Below are positions 37,408 through 49,622 of a stretch of DNA of 64,000 bases, piece by piece. The notes beneath the pieces were generated by a model. The model searched no databases. It saw only the letters and a list, made by a program, of their open reading frames with translations, and was not told where the DNA came from. Numbering within the stretch: the first letter of the stretch is position 1; each line of letters starts with the position of its first letter. The DNA is from Microthyrium microscopicum (lineage: Eukaryota), in the NCBI GenBank assembly GCA_010405405.1, contig MU004243.1, forward strand, positions 677,340 through 741,339. Direction: 5' to 3'. Made by a program: the position numbers and the translations under genes.

Positions 37408-38374
37408 ATAGCATGGATTGGAGATGTAGCTTAGCCAAGTGGTTAGGCAGTGGTCCACTAAATTCACTGTCGTACTATGTGGAATGTTTGACGATCATGT
37501 CTTCTCTGCCTGTCGACAGTCGGACCAAACAAGAAATTACCCCTTCAAGATTGCCGGCTATCACGTGTCACGCTTTCGTGCAAAGTATTATATCTCCTGT
37601 CGAGTTCTCAAAGTCCTCGACTCACCATCGAATGTATCGGTTTTTGGACCTTCCGTTGAGTTTATCTTTGCCAACAAGTGCTTGCCAGTGTACTAGCTTC
37701 AGGGACCAGGTAGCCCCTTTTTGCCTATTCAGACTCAGATACTGCACTGGAGATCCCAGTTTTCTTCGTACTAATAATACATTGTTTCTCTGCAACTAAA
37801 CTCTAGTAGTGCTTGAAGTGAAGCTCCTGTTGGTATTTCTGATAAAGCCCTCGTGTTCAACTCAGCTTCGCAAAATCCCGAGACGTCCCCACAAGTCAAA
37901 CACTGAGCATTGACAAGCGAGGTAGTTGATCTGGATGTTATAACGCTGTATTTTCTAGGTTTTCCTTCTCGGCGCTGCACTACTCCATGCAGTGGATCTT
38001 CCCCTATCGCTCATTCTCCCTATCCATCAACATGCTACAAATACGTGACCATGCTATGGATCGTCACCGCGCTTACTATGCTAACAACGCTTCCGCGTCT
38101 CTGTTCTATTGATGTTGTGGTATGCAGTGAGTGTTTACGTAAGTTGCTCCTGCTGGATCTCTAGAAAAGTTAACGGTTTACCATCTCGACATTTGTTCAC
38201 ATATATGGAGATCTCCATCGGTACCAACTTACAGTTGTTCCACGCCATGGACCTTAGAAGCGCCCTTTCTCGTCTCTCCACACCTCTTGATCATTGTTGA
38301 GGTCTCCCTTCGCGAAAAGAGAAGCTTCAAGGTCCACCAGCGGTCCACCCTCGAGGGCTTTCAACGGGGCTCAG

Positions 38375-38400
38375 CCAATCGAAAGTCTTCTCAGCCTCAT
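38375..38400 (+). promoter_or_regulatory. Family bipartite element upstream of paralog 5
   Basis: CCAATCGA-AAGTCTT-CTCAGCCTCAT. Confidence 0.65.
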
Positions 38401-38805
38401 GACTGCTTGCTCTTGCGTACTTCCTCAACACCACCTGCATCGTGGACCTGTATCTTTCTCTTTGAGCTCTGTTCTCGCTAGTTCAGCTCCTCTAACTACC
38501 CAATAGCCCATCCACCTGCCAGATATCCATACCTTTAACACAAAGCTAACCTGATAGGCCTGTCCGCCCGCATAAGCTCTTTCCCTTCGCTCAGTCAAAA
38601 CGATGACATATACGCCTTAAGGTCAGCCATTGACGTCTTTCTTGCTACCTTAAAAATCAAATGGTTCTGGTATAAAAACTTTTTTTTACGCCTCGCTCCA
38701 TCTCTCTCTGCTAACTTTCCTTCCACCACACCAAATTTGCTAGCCATTGACACTGCTAAATCCAAGACTCCACCACAATCAACCGCTTTCAAGCTCAACA
38801 GCACC

Positions 38806-40375
38806 ATGTCTAAGTCGAAAAAGATGAGCTCATTGGCTACCGACGATGTCACTCTGCGCTCCTCGAAGCGCAAGCGAGTGGCGGACTCCTATGTCGAAGT
38901 GGATAACTTGAACGACCAAAACAACATCGAAGGCGCACACTCTGACCGGAAAGATGATCTCACAATGGAGGAGATGAAGAAGCAGATGAAAGAGATGAAA
39001 AAGATGATGAAGAAGATGAAGGAGATGGAGATGTTGAAGAAGATGATGAAGGAGATATTTGCCGATACCTCAGACTCAGAGGGTTTGATTAGCGACCATG
39101 AGCAGAAGTCAAAAGCCAAAGTGAGTTCATTGACCCTAATCTTTAAAAACTCAAGCATTCACTGACTTGCAAAAAGATATCTGCTGTCGCTAGAGTTCGC
39201 CTTGCCAAAACTATCAAAGCCAAAGGCAAGGCCAGACGCCCGAGACGAGACATCTTTCCATTCATGCTGCTACCAGGCGAAATCCGCAACCAGATCTACG
39301 ATTGGTGTCTCACTAATGACCGAGAAGCTGCGATTGAGGTACAAGATCCTCCAAACGATCACCCGGAGCGCGTCCGGATTGAACGTGAGTATGGGAATGA
39401 GAACACCATGCCTTACAAGCGATTCACGTTGAATGCTCTTGAGCCTAAGATTTTGCGGCTCACCAAGGTTATCCATGTAAGTCTTCCTGAGTTTACCTTC
39501 ATTCGTTTGAAATGTTCAGTTCTTTGGCTTCCAGTGGCTGGTTCCCAGCAAATCTTACGACTCTCATCGAGACATCTATGATCCAGTGTCATGGATCTCA
39601 TTAGACTCGATAGCTTCTGGAGACTTTTTATGGTTTTTACTGGAAAGTCACGAGAAGGCCTCTACAACCGTGTTTTCACACTCATCTCGCCGGGTTTGAC
39701 GTTGTTATTTTATATTTACTGACATTTTGTAGAAAGAAGCGGCTTCAATACTCTATTCTCGATGCTTCATCTTCGGCTCCGCTAAAGCAGTGGTCGCCTT
39801 TCTCGCTGCCATAGGCCCACAACACTGCTTATTGCTTCGACAAATTGTCTTCGGCCGCGGCCGAAACTTTGACTTCAAACGCTCCGAAATATTCGCAATG
39901 TTTCAATTGCTTACGGCCTACACCAACATTGCGTCAATCAAATTCAATGCACGGTTCCCGTTAGTTTACTACGAACGTATCACGTAAGATTTTGAATCTC
40001 TTGAATTTCAATATCATTAAATGCATAACGCTAACGAATTCCAGCTTCCAGAACAGTAGAGACTCATTCTTTGTCAAGGGCTTTATCCAGATGATCTGGG
40101 ATCTCAGTGAGTCCTGGTTCAGAGCCATGGCCGTTGAACAGGGCAATATCTTCGCTGGAGTAACAGTTTTCTCGATTGAACAGGTTTTTTGGGAGTTTGT
40201 TGGTCCAATGGCCAAGATGAAGGGCCGCTCTCTCACGAACGCGGAGATAAGTTACGCTTGGAGCCAGCGACAGACTACCGGGGCTCAGCTACAGCAGTGT
40301 TTCAACGCTGGAATCAAGAAATTCTTACGCGCCAAGTTCAGCATTTATCAGGCTGATGACAACGGTCATTTCTGA
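38806..40375 (+). CDS. F-box-like/2EXR-like family paralog 5 (4 exons)
   Basis: RSSKRKRVADSYVE, FPFMLLPGEIRNQIYDWCL; introns 39121-39176, 39477-39732, 39984-40044 all restore frame; WFRAMAVEQGNIFAGV; ADDNGHF. Confidence 0.85.
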
Positions 40376-40529
40376 TAGGTTATCTGGACACCGGACTGGA
40401 CTGTGCACATTCTCGCCAATATCCGATCTCTTCGACGCCATCGCAGAGCAGAGGATCAGCACTTCATGTTTCAACTCCATGACTGATTTAGCACACCACG
40501 CCACAAAAAATCGCAGTACCAGTGACTGC

Positions 40530-40795
40530 TCAACACACCATCGCCTGATTACAACACCACCGTTTGCTTACAACACTATCGCCAGTTTGCATCAACCATG
40601 CATTGTTACAACATCACCACCTGTTTACAACACCACTGCCTGCTTACAACACCGCCGCTTGCTTACAATGCTACTGCATGCTTACCACACCACCGCCTGA
40701 TTACAACACCACCGCCTGGTCAAAGAATCACCGTCTGTTTACGACACCACCGATTGCTTACAACATTACTGCCTGTCAACAGCACCACCACTAAT
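40530..40795 (+). repeat. 19-bp tandem minisatellite, ~14 degenerate copies, consensus TTACAACACCACCGCCTGC
   Basis: Successive units such as TTACAACACCACTGCCTGC, TTACAACACCGCCGCTTGC, TTACCACACCACCGCCTGA, TTACAACACCACCGCCTGG with no spacers. Confidence 0.9.
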
Positions 40796-41614
40796 AGCAC
40801 TATCCCATGCTTCACTGACACCGCACCAACATAACTTACTGCTCGTTTCCTTATCAAGATCGTCGTCATCTGACTCTATCGGAAAGTCTGAAAGTGGAAG
40901 ACGGGCCACGACCAAAAGTTAGAACAAATGATTGTAGTGAATGATAAAATTATTGTATAAATTGACGCTTTCCCTGTGACAATGATTGTTGATCTGAGTT
41001 ACCGGAAGGAGCTCGATGAGTAGGCGGGTAGACAGTAAAAAGGCTTTAGTCACAGCTGGAGACTCTTGATAAATAGCACGCGGCACGAAGAGCTTATCAT
41101 GTAGACATGTTTATCGAAACTGCTCGAGGAAGCTAAGTAATCTTTTCTACTTGAGAAGATTATATGTCACTGTGCAAGCCCAAATTGTGTTACGAAATCC
41201 GAGCGAAACCGAAGAATATCGTGTTCCCCATTGCTTTGGATGGCCATCGTAGAAAGAGTTTCGTATCTAGTCCTTTGGATGCCGTTGAATGTGAGGGTAT
41301 CTAACAGCCAAACACAAGTGACGATATTTGTTTAACTCAAAGACTTTTACTCTCCCATTTTATTGAATGGCCCCTATCCAAAACCTCCTCAATTGAGTGC
41401 GGCGGTTGCAACCAAATGCCGTGGATGTCTTACCGTTCTACGCCGATGTTACCAAATAGTCTTTTCAAAATATGTTAGCTCTTAACATAATACTGTAGTA
41501 ACGAGTTCTAACTGCCCGGGTTCTCATAATATGAACGAAATTTCAGCGACACAAAAAAAGAGTTGGCTGCGTTCTCTTAACAATGAAGTTGAGGAGCATT
41601 GAAGTTGGAATTGG

Positions 41615-41640
41615 CCAATCATGATGAGTGTCAGCCTTAT
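41615..41640 (+). promoter_or_regulatory. Family bipartite element upstream of paralog 6
   Basis: CCAATCAT-GATGAGT-GTCAGCCTTAT. Confidence 0.7.
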
Positions 41641-42133
41641 AGCCGCATTTGATCTGTCACCAGCCACTAGCACTACCTCAACCACTTCAACATATTTATA
41701 GCCAGTGAAATCTCTTATGCACCTATAGCATTCCTACTGCTTGATTTATCCCCAGCTCTTGCCAGTCATATCATTGATAATAACTCCTGGCCTCAGTCAT
41801 GTGGATGAGCTGCCTGTTATAGCTCTTCTGGCCCATTTAGAAAGGCTCCTGCCAGCACCACGACGTCACTGGCAGAAACTGACCTCCAGCAGTAATATCG
41901 CTGGGGCTTGGGGCACCCGAGAGTCGTGTAAAATTCCGTGCCTAACCTTTCTCAAGAGCTTAAAACTTTCCCTTTTTCACCCATCCTCCACTCTACAACT
42001 CAACCTCGACTTGCACACTACCACCACATCGTACAAAATCCCCTCAAGATCACAACTTTGCCTTGCCTAACAGGTTGTCAGCGCGTTGACCGACTTCAAA
42101 CTCTTCAGTTCTATTACCAGTTCGTTATCAGCA

Positions 42134-43287
42134 ATGGCTCAAACTCAGTCCGAAGCAGCCCTTATAGCCTCTGCCGGTTATGGTGATCCCCGATATCCAC
42201 CACGCAAACGCGCAAAAGTCTCTTATATCGAGGTGGAAGAGTTCGCAGACTATGATACTGATGTTGATGTTGATGATAACGACGGTGATGAGAACGACTC
42301 TCCAAAAAAGGTTTGTCAACAAGGCTCGCATTTTCAGCGGCATCCTGCGCACAGATTTCTAATATATTGTAGCACGTTAGCAGACGAAAAGCAGCCACTC
42401 GGGGTCTAACCAAGCGCCGTGGGAACCAGAAAGAGCATGGAATCTTCCCCTTCATGAAGTTACCAGGAGAAATTCGCAACCTCATCTACGAGTTTTGTCT
42501 CAAAATTGACCCTGCGACACCTATCGACATCCTTCATCCAGGCTCCACCCAACCAGGCAAAATTCGAGTTTTAAAGCGTAAGCAGAATAGCTTGGCGTTT
42601 CTTACCAATGGGCCCTGCGATAACTCTAATTCTGCATTCAATTATCCGGACCACGTTCGAGTGCCGCACATCATTTCCAAAGTGCTTGTGCTCAACAAAG
42701 CAATCGCTTTAGAGGCTTCACGATTCCTTTACGAAAACACCTTCAACTTCTGTACCCCACGAGCAGCTCAAACCTTTCTCGCAGTCATTGGCCCTGATAA
42801 CCTTAGACGTATCACTCATGTCACATTCGACCGCAAGTCTAAGTCGATGATTAGTCGCCAACACGAGATGTTCATGGCATTCGTTATGCTCCAGCCCTGT
42901 GTGGGAATTAAAAGCATTGTATTCGCTGGTTACTTCCCTCAGCCATATTCAAGCAAGGTCATTCTCCACGCTGCCGAGAATAAGTGGAACATGTCATTTT
43001 TCGCCAGCATGATATTTGAAGACTGCGGATCTTGGTATCGATCCATTGCTCTGGCGAGACGTAACATCTACGCCGGTCTCACTGTCTTGACAATTCGTCC
43101 GCGAACATATGGTTTCATGATTCACTCCTACCTCCGAAATCAGGCCTATAGCCCCGCATGGATTGCAGATTTCCATGCAAAGACCGACCAGAATGTAGCC
43201 ATGGCGGACTGCTTCGAGGCTGATATGAAGTTGCTCCTCAAGAAGAAGCTTACCTTCCCTCACGTTGATGATCAGGGCAATTTCTAA
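42134..43287 (+). CDS. F-box-like/2EXR-like family paralog 6
   Basis: RYPPRKRAKVSYIE, intron 42311-42372, FPFMKLPGEIRNLIYEFCL, WYRSIALARRNIYAGL, VDDQGNF. Confidence 0.88.
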
Positions 43288-43790
43288 TGAGACCAGGCAA
43301 AAGGTTGTGCTGAATGGCCCTGTGATTGGCATGCCTACTCATCACTGAGATTCCGGTGAGGCTATGTTGTTGTTGATTGTAGCCAGGTCATGCTTGTGCT
43401 ATCAACAAGGACAGTCCATTTGTTCTGCCAGTTCGTTGACAGTCAATTGATTCGATGGCTTGGCAGATCTGAAGTGGTGGAAGTCGACGAAGGAATACCA
43501 CGCAATGGAAAAAGTATCAAAGAGAAATTGTTTGCGGGACACATACACTGTCGTAGATAATGCCACAAGTACCAATTACCATTTCTTTATGCCTGATCTA
43601 TGAGTGAACTGCTATCCAGTTGTTCCTCGAGCAACTTGGCTGCTGCTGACTACCTGATGATGGACAAGAATCTCGTTGAAAATCATAGACTTCTATGTTC
43701 TTGCTAAGCTACCTTATAAGGTCACTGCTTTTTATTATTATAATCGCGGAATCAAGCATACTTCGTCATGCTGGAGTGGTATCTATCGTT

Positions 43791-44716
43791 TCAAGCAGCA
43801 AAAGGCCAGCCTCCAAGTCCAGTCGTCAAGTAAAACGGATCTTCCTTGACACGATCAACCTTCTCCTTCAACTGAGTTACATCCCAGTTGGAAAACAGGA
43901 ATCTTCCACTAAACGGCTTAGCCTCCGGCGACGACAGCCACACTGCAAAGTGAGCAGGCAATTGAACTAGAAACAAAATATCAGTACGAACTTTTCGAAC
44001 ACGCGTAGAGCAAACGTACCAGTATCCAAAATCTCCTCAAAGTCCATCCCAGACTTCTTGTACATCGCCGTATCAACAATACCCGGCTGGATATTAAACA
44101 CGCTCAAATCCGGATTCTCCGCCGCAATAAACTCATACACCCTACTCAACGCAATCTTCGACGCCGCATAAGCAGACGTATTCGTCATATTCGGCATCGG
44201 CGCTGGCAAAAAGCCCGCTCCACTACTCGTCCCGATAATCGTACCACCCGCCTTCTTACTCGGAAGAAACGCCTGTGCCAAAATCGCACTGCCCTTGACA
44301 TGTATTTCAAACGCACTCCACCAATTTGCTAGATTGCTTTTTTCGATTGTTCCTGGGGTTGGTAGGAAGCCTGCGTTGGCGACGATTACGTCCCAGGAGC
44401 CGATTTCTTTGGCTGCTGCGGTCATGGCGGCTTCGTCGGCGACATCGGCTACGTGGATGGTTACGGAGAGGCCGGGATATTTCTTTTCGTGGATGACTTT
44501 TGATTCTTGGAGGGTTTTGGATGTGCGGCCGGTGATGTGGATGTTGGTTGCGCCTGCTTGGGCAAAGGCGTCGATTGTTTCACGGCCGATTCCTTGGCCG
44601 CCGCCGGTTATTACGATGGTTTTGCCTTTTTGGGAGAGTTCGGGGCGGGTGGGGTTTATGGCGTCGTAGGTATCTCTGTGCCACTCGGTGACTGGAGCTG
44701 GGAATGGTGGTTGCAT
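43791..44716 (-). CDS. Short-chain dehydrogenase/reductase
   Basis: ITGGGQGIG Rossmann motif, VANAG, catalytic YAASK, NIQPGIVDT; last exon LPAHFAVWLSSPEAK..SGRFLFSNWDV. Confidence 0.92.
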
Positions 44717-45908
44717 GTTGGATGGAACTGGGTTAGACGATCTAGATTAAGTGGTGGAACTATAAAATGGCGTTTGTGGTTTAAGAAGATGGTGTCGCTG
44801 ATTGGGGATGTGAATTGTACTTTCTCGACTTATGGGTGCTCTTTATTAAATACTACAATGGTTGCTAGGATATTTCAGAATTTCCAATCCTCATGATTGC
44901 GAGCTTACGCCATCTTTGATATCGGAGTTAGGTACATAGACTGCAGTAAGCTTGCATGCTCACCAATCAGGGAGGCTTGCAAAATGTGAGTAATCATCAA
45001 GCATCGACATTAGATATACCGTATGTGGAATATCAGGTACGTTGAACCCTGATTATTCGCCAAGCGGACCAGTAGACTACCTTTGGAAGGATCTAGGGCT
45101 GAAGACAATTCGCATTCGATAAGCAACATAACTTACTTGGTTCCCCGCTGGATTATGAGTGGTGTTTGACAAAGCACAACCTTACTTAGATTTTACTGAG
45201 CAAGACACAGGAGAATAAACAACCGACTACAAACCCATCAACATTCAGTATCATATCATGATCCAGAACTGGAAAAGCTGGGGATGTTTGAGTTCTTCGA
45301 GCCTGAAAAGCAAGTCTATGAGAAGAGCTTCTCGCACCATTTACCCGACTGTCCGACAAGTATAAGCAAGGGGCTGAAGAATATAGTAGTGCCATATATA
45401 GCGAATAGAGCTGCAGACACGGTCGCTTACTCACGCTAGGCTTTTGATAAGCCACAGAGCCAGACGCTGGTCGAAACTGCTCAGCATGGGTACGCAGGGC
45501 GCATGTATAACCTTCCAAGGTTGATGCTTATAGCTACGCCTGCATGTAGAAGCTCACAAGCTCGCTATCCTCTATCGCGCGAGCCATGAGAAGCCTATTT
45601 CCTCAAAGTTCACTCTAGACTTTTCAAGTTCCTAAACTCCTCCCTCATCGCATGTGATCGCAATGTGCAAGTTTTGATTCTGTAAATTATAGATTATGAA
45701 TGTTGACACTTATGGAAGTGGGATTGCTTCCGTTCCGGTGATAAATTACAAATCAAGACCACTCTGACATCGTCGCTCGTAACACCACACAATCAATCTA
45801 CAAGAGCACAATAGGATTGAATGTGAATAGAGATTACTATTCAGTATGAGCTGTACCTCATTACGCAGCTCGCGCCACGTTTCTGTGTCATGTCCACTAC
45901 CGCAGTCT

Positions 45909-47463
45909 TTAACTAAACCCCAGATTCGCAAGAGCACCTGCGTACGACGAATTCCCACTCAATTCAGCTCTTGCTAGCGCTGCAGTTAGCACAGATGCGT
46001 ACGACCATGTTAAGTCTGCGGCGCCAGTTTCGTAGCCAGTATTGCGATCATACTCTTCACTCAAGTGGCCGCTCTGGCCTCCATGAAATTTGATTAGACG
46101 CATGAAAGCATCGCCCCAGCCTTCTAAGCTCGCAACGGCTGTGACGAAATTCGCGGTGCTTGATGCGTATTGCGTGACAGTGAGGTTTGCATTGGGGGCA
46201 AAGTAGTTGTAGAAAGCGAGAGAAGTGTTGGTTACAGTGAGTGTTTTGGCGTCGTTGATTTCTGAGGCGGCGCGATAGAAAAGCTCTGCCATGGCGGCTG
46301 TTGCGAGGAACCATGGGTTTCCGCCATTGGGTGAGGTGCCATCGCCATTGTAGACATCTTCGGGGTAGCGGCTGATTGTAGCTATTAGTTTAATTGTAGA
46401 TCTCCGAGAATATGCTGACTTACCCGATTGGTATGCCTAGTGCGCCTCCGTTATTATCTACCGTCTGCGAGGTTGCTATGGGATATGTCTGTTGGAAACT
46501 CAGGCACAGATGATAAGCCGTCGATAGAACCTGGTCATTGGAGTACGAGTATATTCCGTCGTTGTTGTATCCATGAATAATGCCAAGAATAACCGCTATG
46601 TCTTGATATGAGGTTTTATCTTTCTGAACTGGACCGATTTGAAAATCAATGATTGCTCGGCTTTCATCCCAGAATGAAGGCAAGGTCTGAGCTACGGCAC
46701 TTGCTGCTGCTGATAGTGTGGTGCTCGTTTCACTGTCTCCCATGGTAGCGGCGAAAGAGGCGCCCATAGACAGAGCTTTATGAGACACAAGGTGATTATA
46801 GAAATGGGTCGATGACTCTTCTTCCCAGATATCAAAGCTTGGGGAAGACCAGTTTGCTGCGACAAACAGGAGATCCGTTTTCACCGGACCAAGATAGATC
46901 GACTTATTGATATCATCCTCGGACCCACCGTATTTAATGTAGGTAGTTGCAAACTCCATCAGTGTGATGGCGGCAGTCGCAGGCCCGTCATTTTGTGGTC
47001 GTCCCCAAGGTCCCGTGAACACCGAATTGTCGAGATTGAATTTTGGCTCTCCAAGACCAGTTTGAAGATTTGGATCATTCTGTTCAGTGACTCGCGCATT
47101 TGCATACGCAAACAGCATGCTTGAGTAGTTGTTCTTTGCGGTTTGTAAAGTTGCAGCAGCATATAGCTGTTGAACTACATCCATAGTCAAAGATGCATCA
47201 CGAACCCAGTTGTATGCATAATTGGGTGCAGTGTAGGATTGAGCTGCTATGACGGTTCCATTGGCGGCTCCTGGAACATTGATGTTTGCAAACATGAACT
47301 GCTTGCTCAAAGTTGTTTGAGAGCCAGCACTGGTGGCGAGATAGGTGGTGATATCACTTGCCAGGCCCTGGGGTACAGTCCGTGGTGGCGTGGATTGAGC
47401 AACGGAAGGTAAGACTCCATAGCCTAGCAGAAGCAATAGCTTCATGACTGAGAATAGGATCAT
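45909..47463 (-). CDS. Secreted GH15 glucoamylase without starch-binding domain (2 exons)
   Basis: Signal peptide; YNWVRDA, LGEPKF, WGRPQNDGPA, FDIWEE, RYPEDVY, LSEEYDRNTG, DLTWSYAS; stop shortly after the catalytic domain. Confidence 0.93.
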
Positions 47464-48142
47464 GGTGCTAAGTCAGAAGATAGAGAATGGCCTGTGTATA
47501 AATATTGGGGGAGGGGAGGAGTAGGTCGTAGGCAGACTGATGACGGAGAAGACTCCTGGTATTCAAGGAAGTAGCCATCTCGTGTAGAAGGAGATTTTTA
47601 AACACCATTCATGTCTTCAGCTTCCGAGTAACAGTGTATCCACTTAGATTTCTGTTCATTTTGACGTTCATTGGAAAAGAGCGCCAAGCGGAGATGAAAG
47701 TCATGGTAGCATTGTCCAATTGCGAGTCCCCAATGGCTTTCCGCAGAGCGTGGACCAGTGAATGCGATAGGAAGGTATCACTACCCAAATCTTTGGCCCG
47801 TGGTCTTGACTAGTGCATATTCTCGAGGATTAAGCTCGTTCGATCGCATTGAGAAGAGATGACTTGGTTAGTCTATGAAGGAGGAAATTCGAGATAGCAA
47901 GATGTTGAAATACCCCTGAACGTCCCTTTTGCCGCTAGCATTATCACATGCAAATCATCAGCCATATTGATATAAAGATTTCAGTTCACTCCAAACCATG
48001 CGAGCCATCCTATTCATTGGATGATGAACTGTGCGTATATAATCATTGTCTATGCAGCAGTAAAAGTCACCATATCCATGGTGTCCTACTTCTGTTTCTG
48101 GCTATAGCACAGCTAGAACCACTCCGAGACGAAAACGAATGC

Positions 48143-49014
48143 TCAAGTTTTCCTCCTGGACGAAGACCTCGTTGATCTCGTCGTCTCAACAGCTTGACTC
48201 TTCCCACTCTCCACCTTTGTCTTCTTCTTGTTCTTCGGCACTTCGCTTTGCGATGCCTTTTCCTCGCCAACCTTCCTCTTGACTCCCTTCTTCACCGTCT
48301 CCTTCTCCCCTTCCTCAGTCTCCCTCTCAACATCACCACCATCGCCAGCTAAATCCCTCTTCTCCTTCCCAAGCACATATCCCACCCTCTCCACATCCCC
48401 AGCACCCACCCCCAATCTCTCCACCACATCCTTCACCATCTCCGCAAACCGCTTATACTCCTTCGCCGTATACCCAATCTTCCTTGCCCATCCACTCTGT
48501 GAGCTTGGCCCAGTATGCGGTTCATCCCACATCACCCACCGAAACACCTCGTCCCCAAAGAACGGCACGCCCTCCGGATCCAACACGCTCAGCACTAACG
48601 AACCCGTCGCGATGCCTACGCCTCGTAAGCTCGTCACGGCATTTGAATGCTTGTATGCGTCAGGGGATGCAGTGTGCGCGGCGTAGGCGGATGCTGTAGC
48701 GGATTCAATGGCGGAGTCGTCGTTGGAGGATACGAGGGATAGGAGGGTTGGGCGGAAGGTGCCGTGTTTACTGCCTATAGTCAGTGGCTAGCTAGATGGG
48801 AAAATGGGAGGACTTGCAGTTTCCATTCTACGAGGCGGGTAAGTTCGGGTTTGCGGAGGTAGAGATCTTTGCCGGTGCGGGAATTGAGAGTGGTGGGCAG
48901 TTCCGTGTTGCGGAAAGCTTCGAGGTCGTGGAGTTTGGAGGGGACGTGGTTGGGGTAGGAGGATAGGAGGTCGTTGAAGGTTTTGGAGGATATTTCGGTG
49001 GCTTTTAGGGACAT
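48143..49014 (-). CDS. Conserved fungal protein with HhH-like motif (DNA-glycosylase-like fold inferred)
   Basis: LTRLVEWKL|KHGTFRPTLLSLVSSN, LRGVGIATGSLVLSV..P..VPFFGDE, YTAKEY; basic C-tail; one intron. Confidence 0.7.
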
Positions 49015-49622
49015 TTGGGCGGAGATCGACTGCAAATGATGACTGTGACTGAATTTGGAAGATGATGGGGTTGTACGGTGGTTTGAAGTACTACAGATGC
49101 AATGGTTGGCGATGCAGTTCGCGTAATGACGCGACGAGGCTTGTTGAGACGAACACCTAAGAATCTCAATACTAGGAACTCGAAATTTTGGGTAGCATAC
49201 TTTGTCAAAGATTCGCAAATTTGCTTATTTAACGCGGTAGAAGAAGTATTAGAGAACACTCAAAAGGCAGAGCTAGAATACTCTACTAGTAGACAGTAGA
49301 TGGTCAAAATTGAGTCCAACAAACTTGACTTCATGGGCGAGCTTTTGTGCCCGCGGCTCTTTCCATCAGCTAACAGGCAAGACGGGTAGTATGTTGAAAT
49401 GGATTATCGGACACAACACGTTTATAGGAGAGATAACATGATACATAAAGAATTCTGAATCTAAAATATGGAAGCCATTTTGTTTGAAACCTATCTCGGG
49501 AAAACAAGGCTTGCTGTACTCAAAGTTTTCGACGCTGATATGCTGCTAAATATGCAAACATTTGTATCTTACAACATGCTAAATCTCCATGAGGGGGGTA
49601 TCTTCCGCATCCTACTCTTATA

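Noticed and set aside
40530..40795. CRISPR-like array
   Set aside because: Units are contiguous and degenerate with no unique spacers, there are no cas genes, and the context is eukaryotic; it is a minisatellite. The overlapping His/Thr-rich ORFs are by-products of the repeat.
43791..47463. Secondary-metabolite gene cluster (SDR, AKR, hydrolase, amidase)
   Set aside because: No PKS, NRPS or terpene synthase backbone gene, transporter or cluster transcription factor is present; the enzymes are scattered among housekeeping genes.
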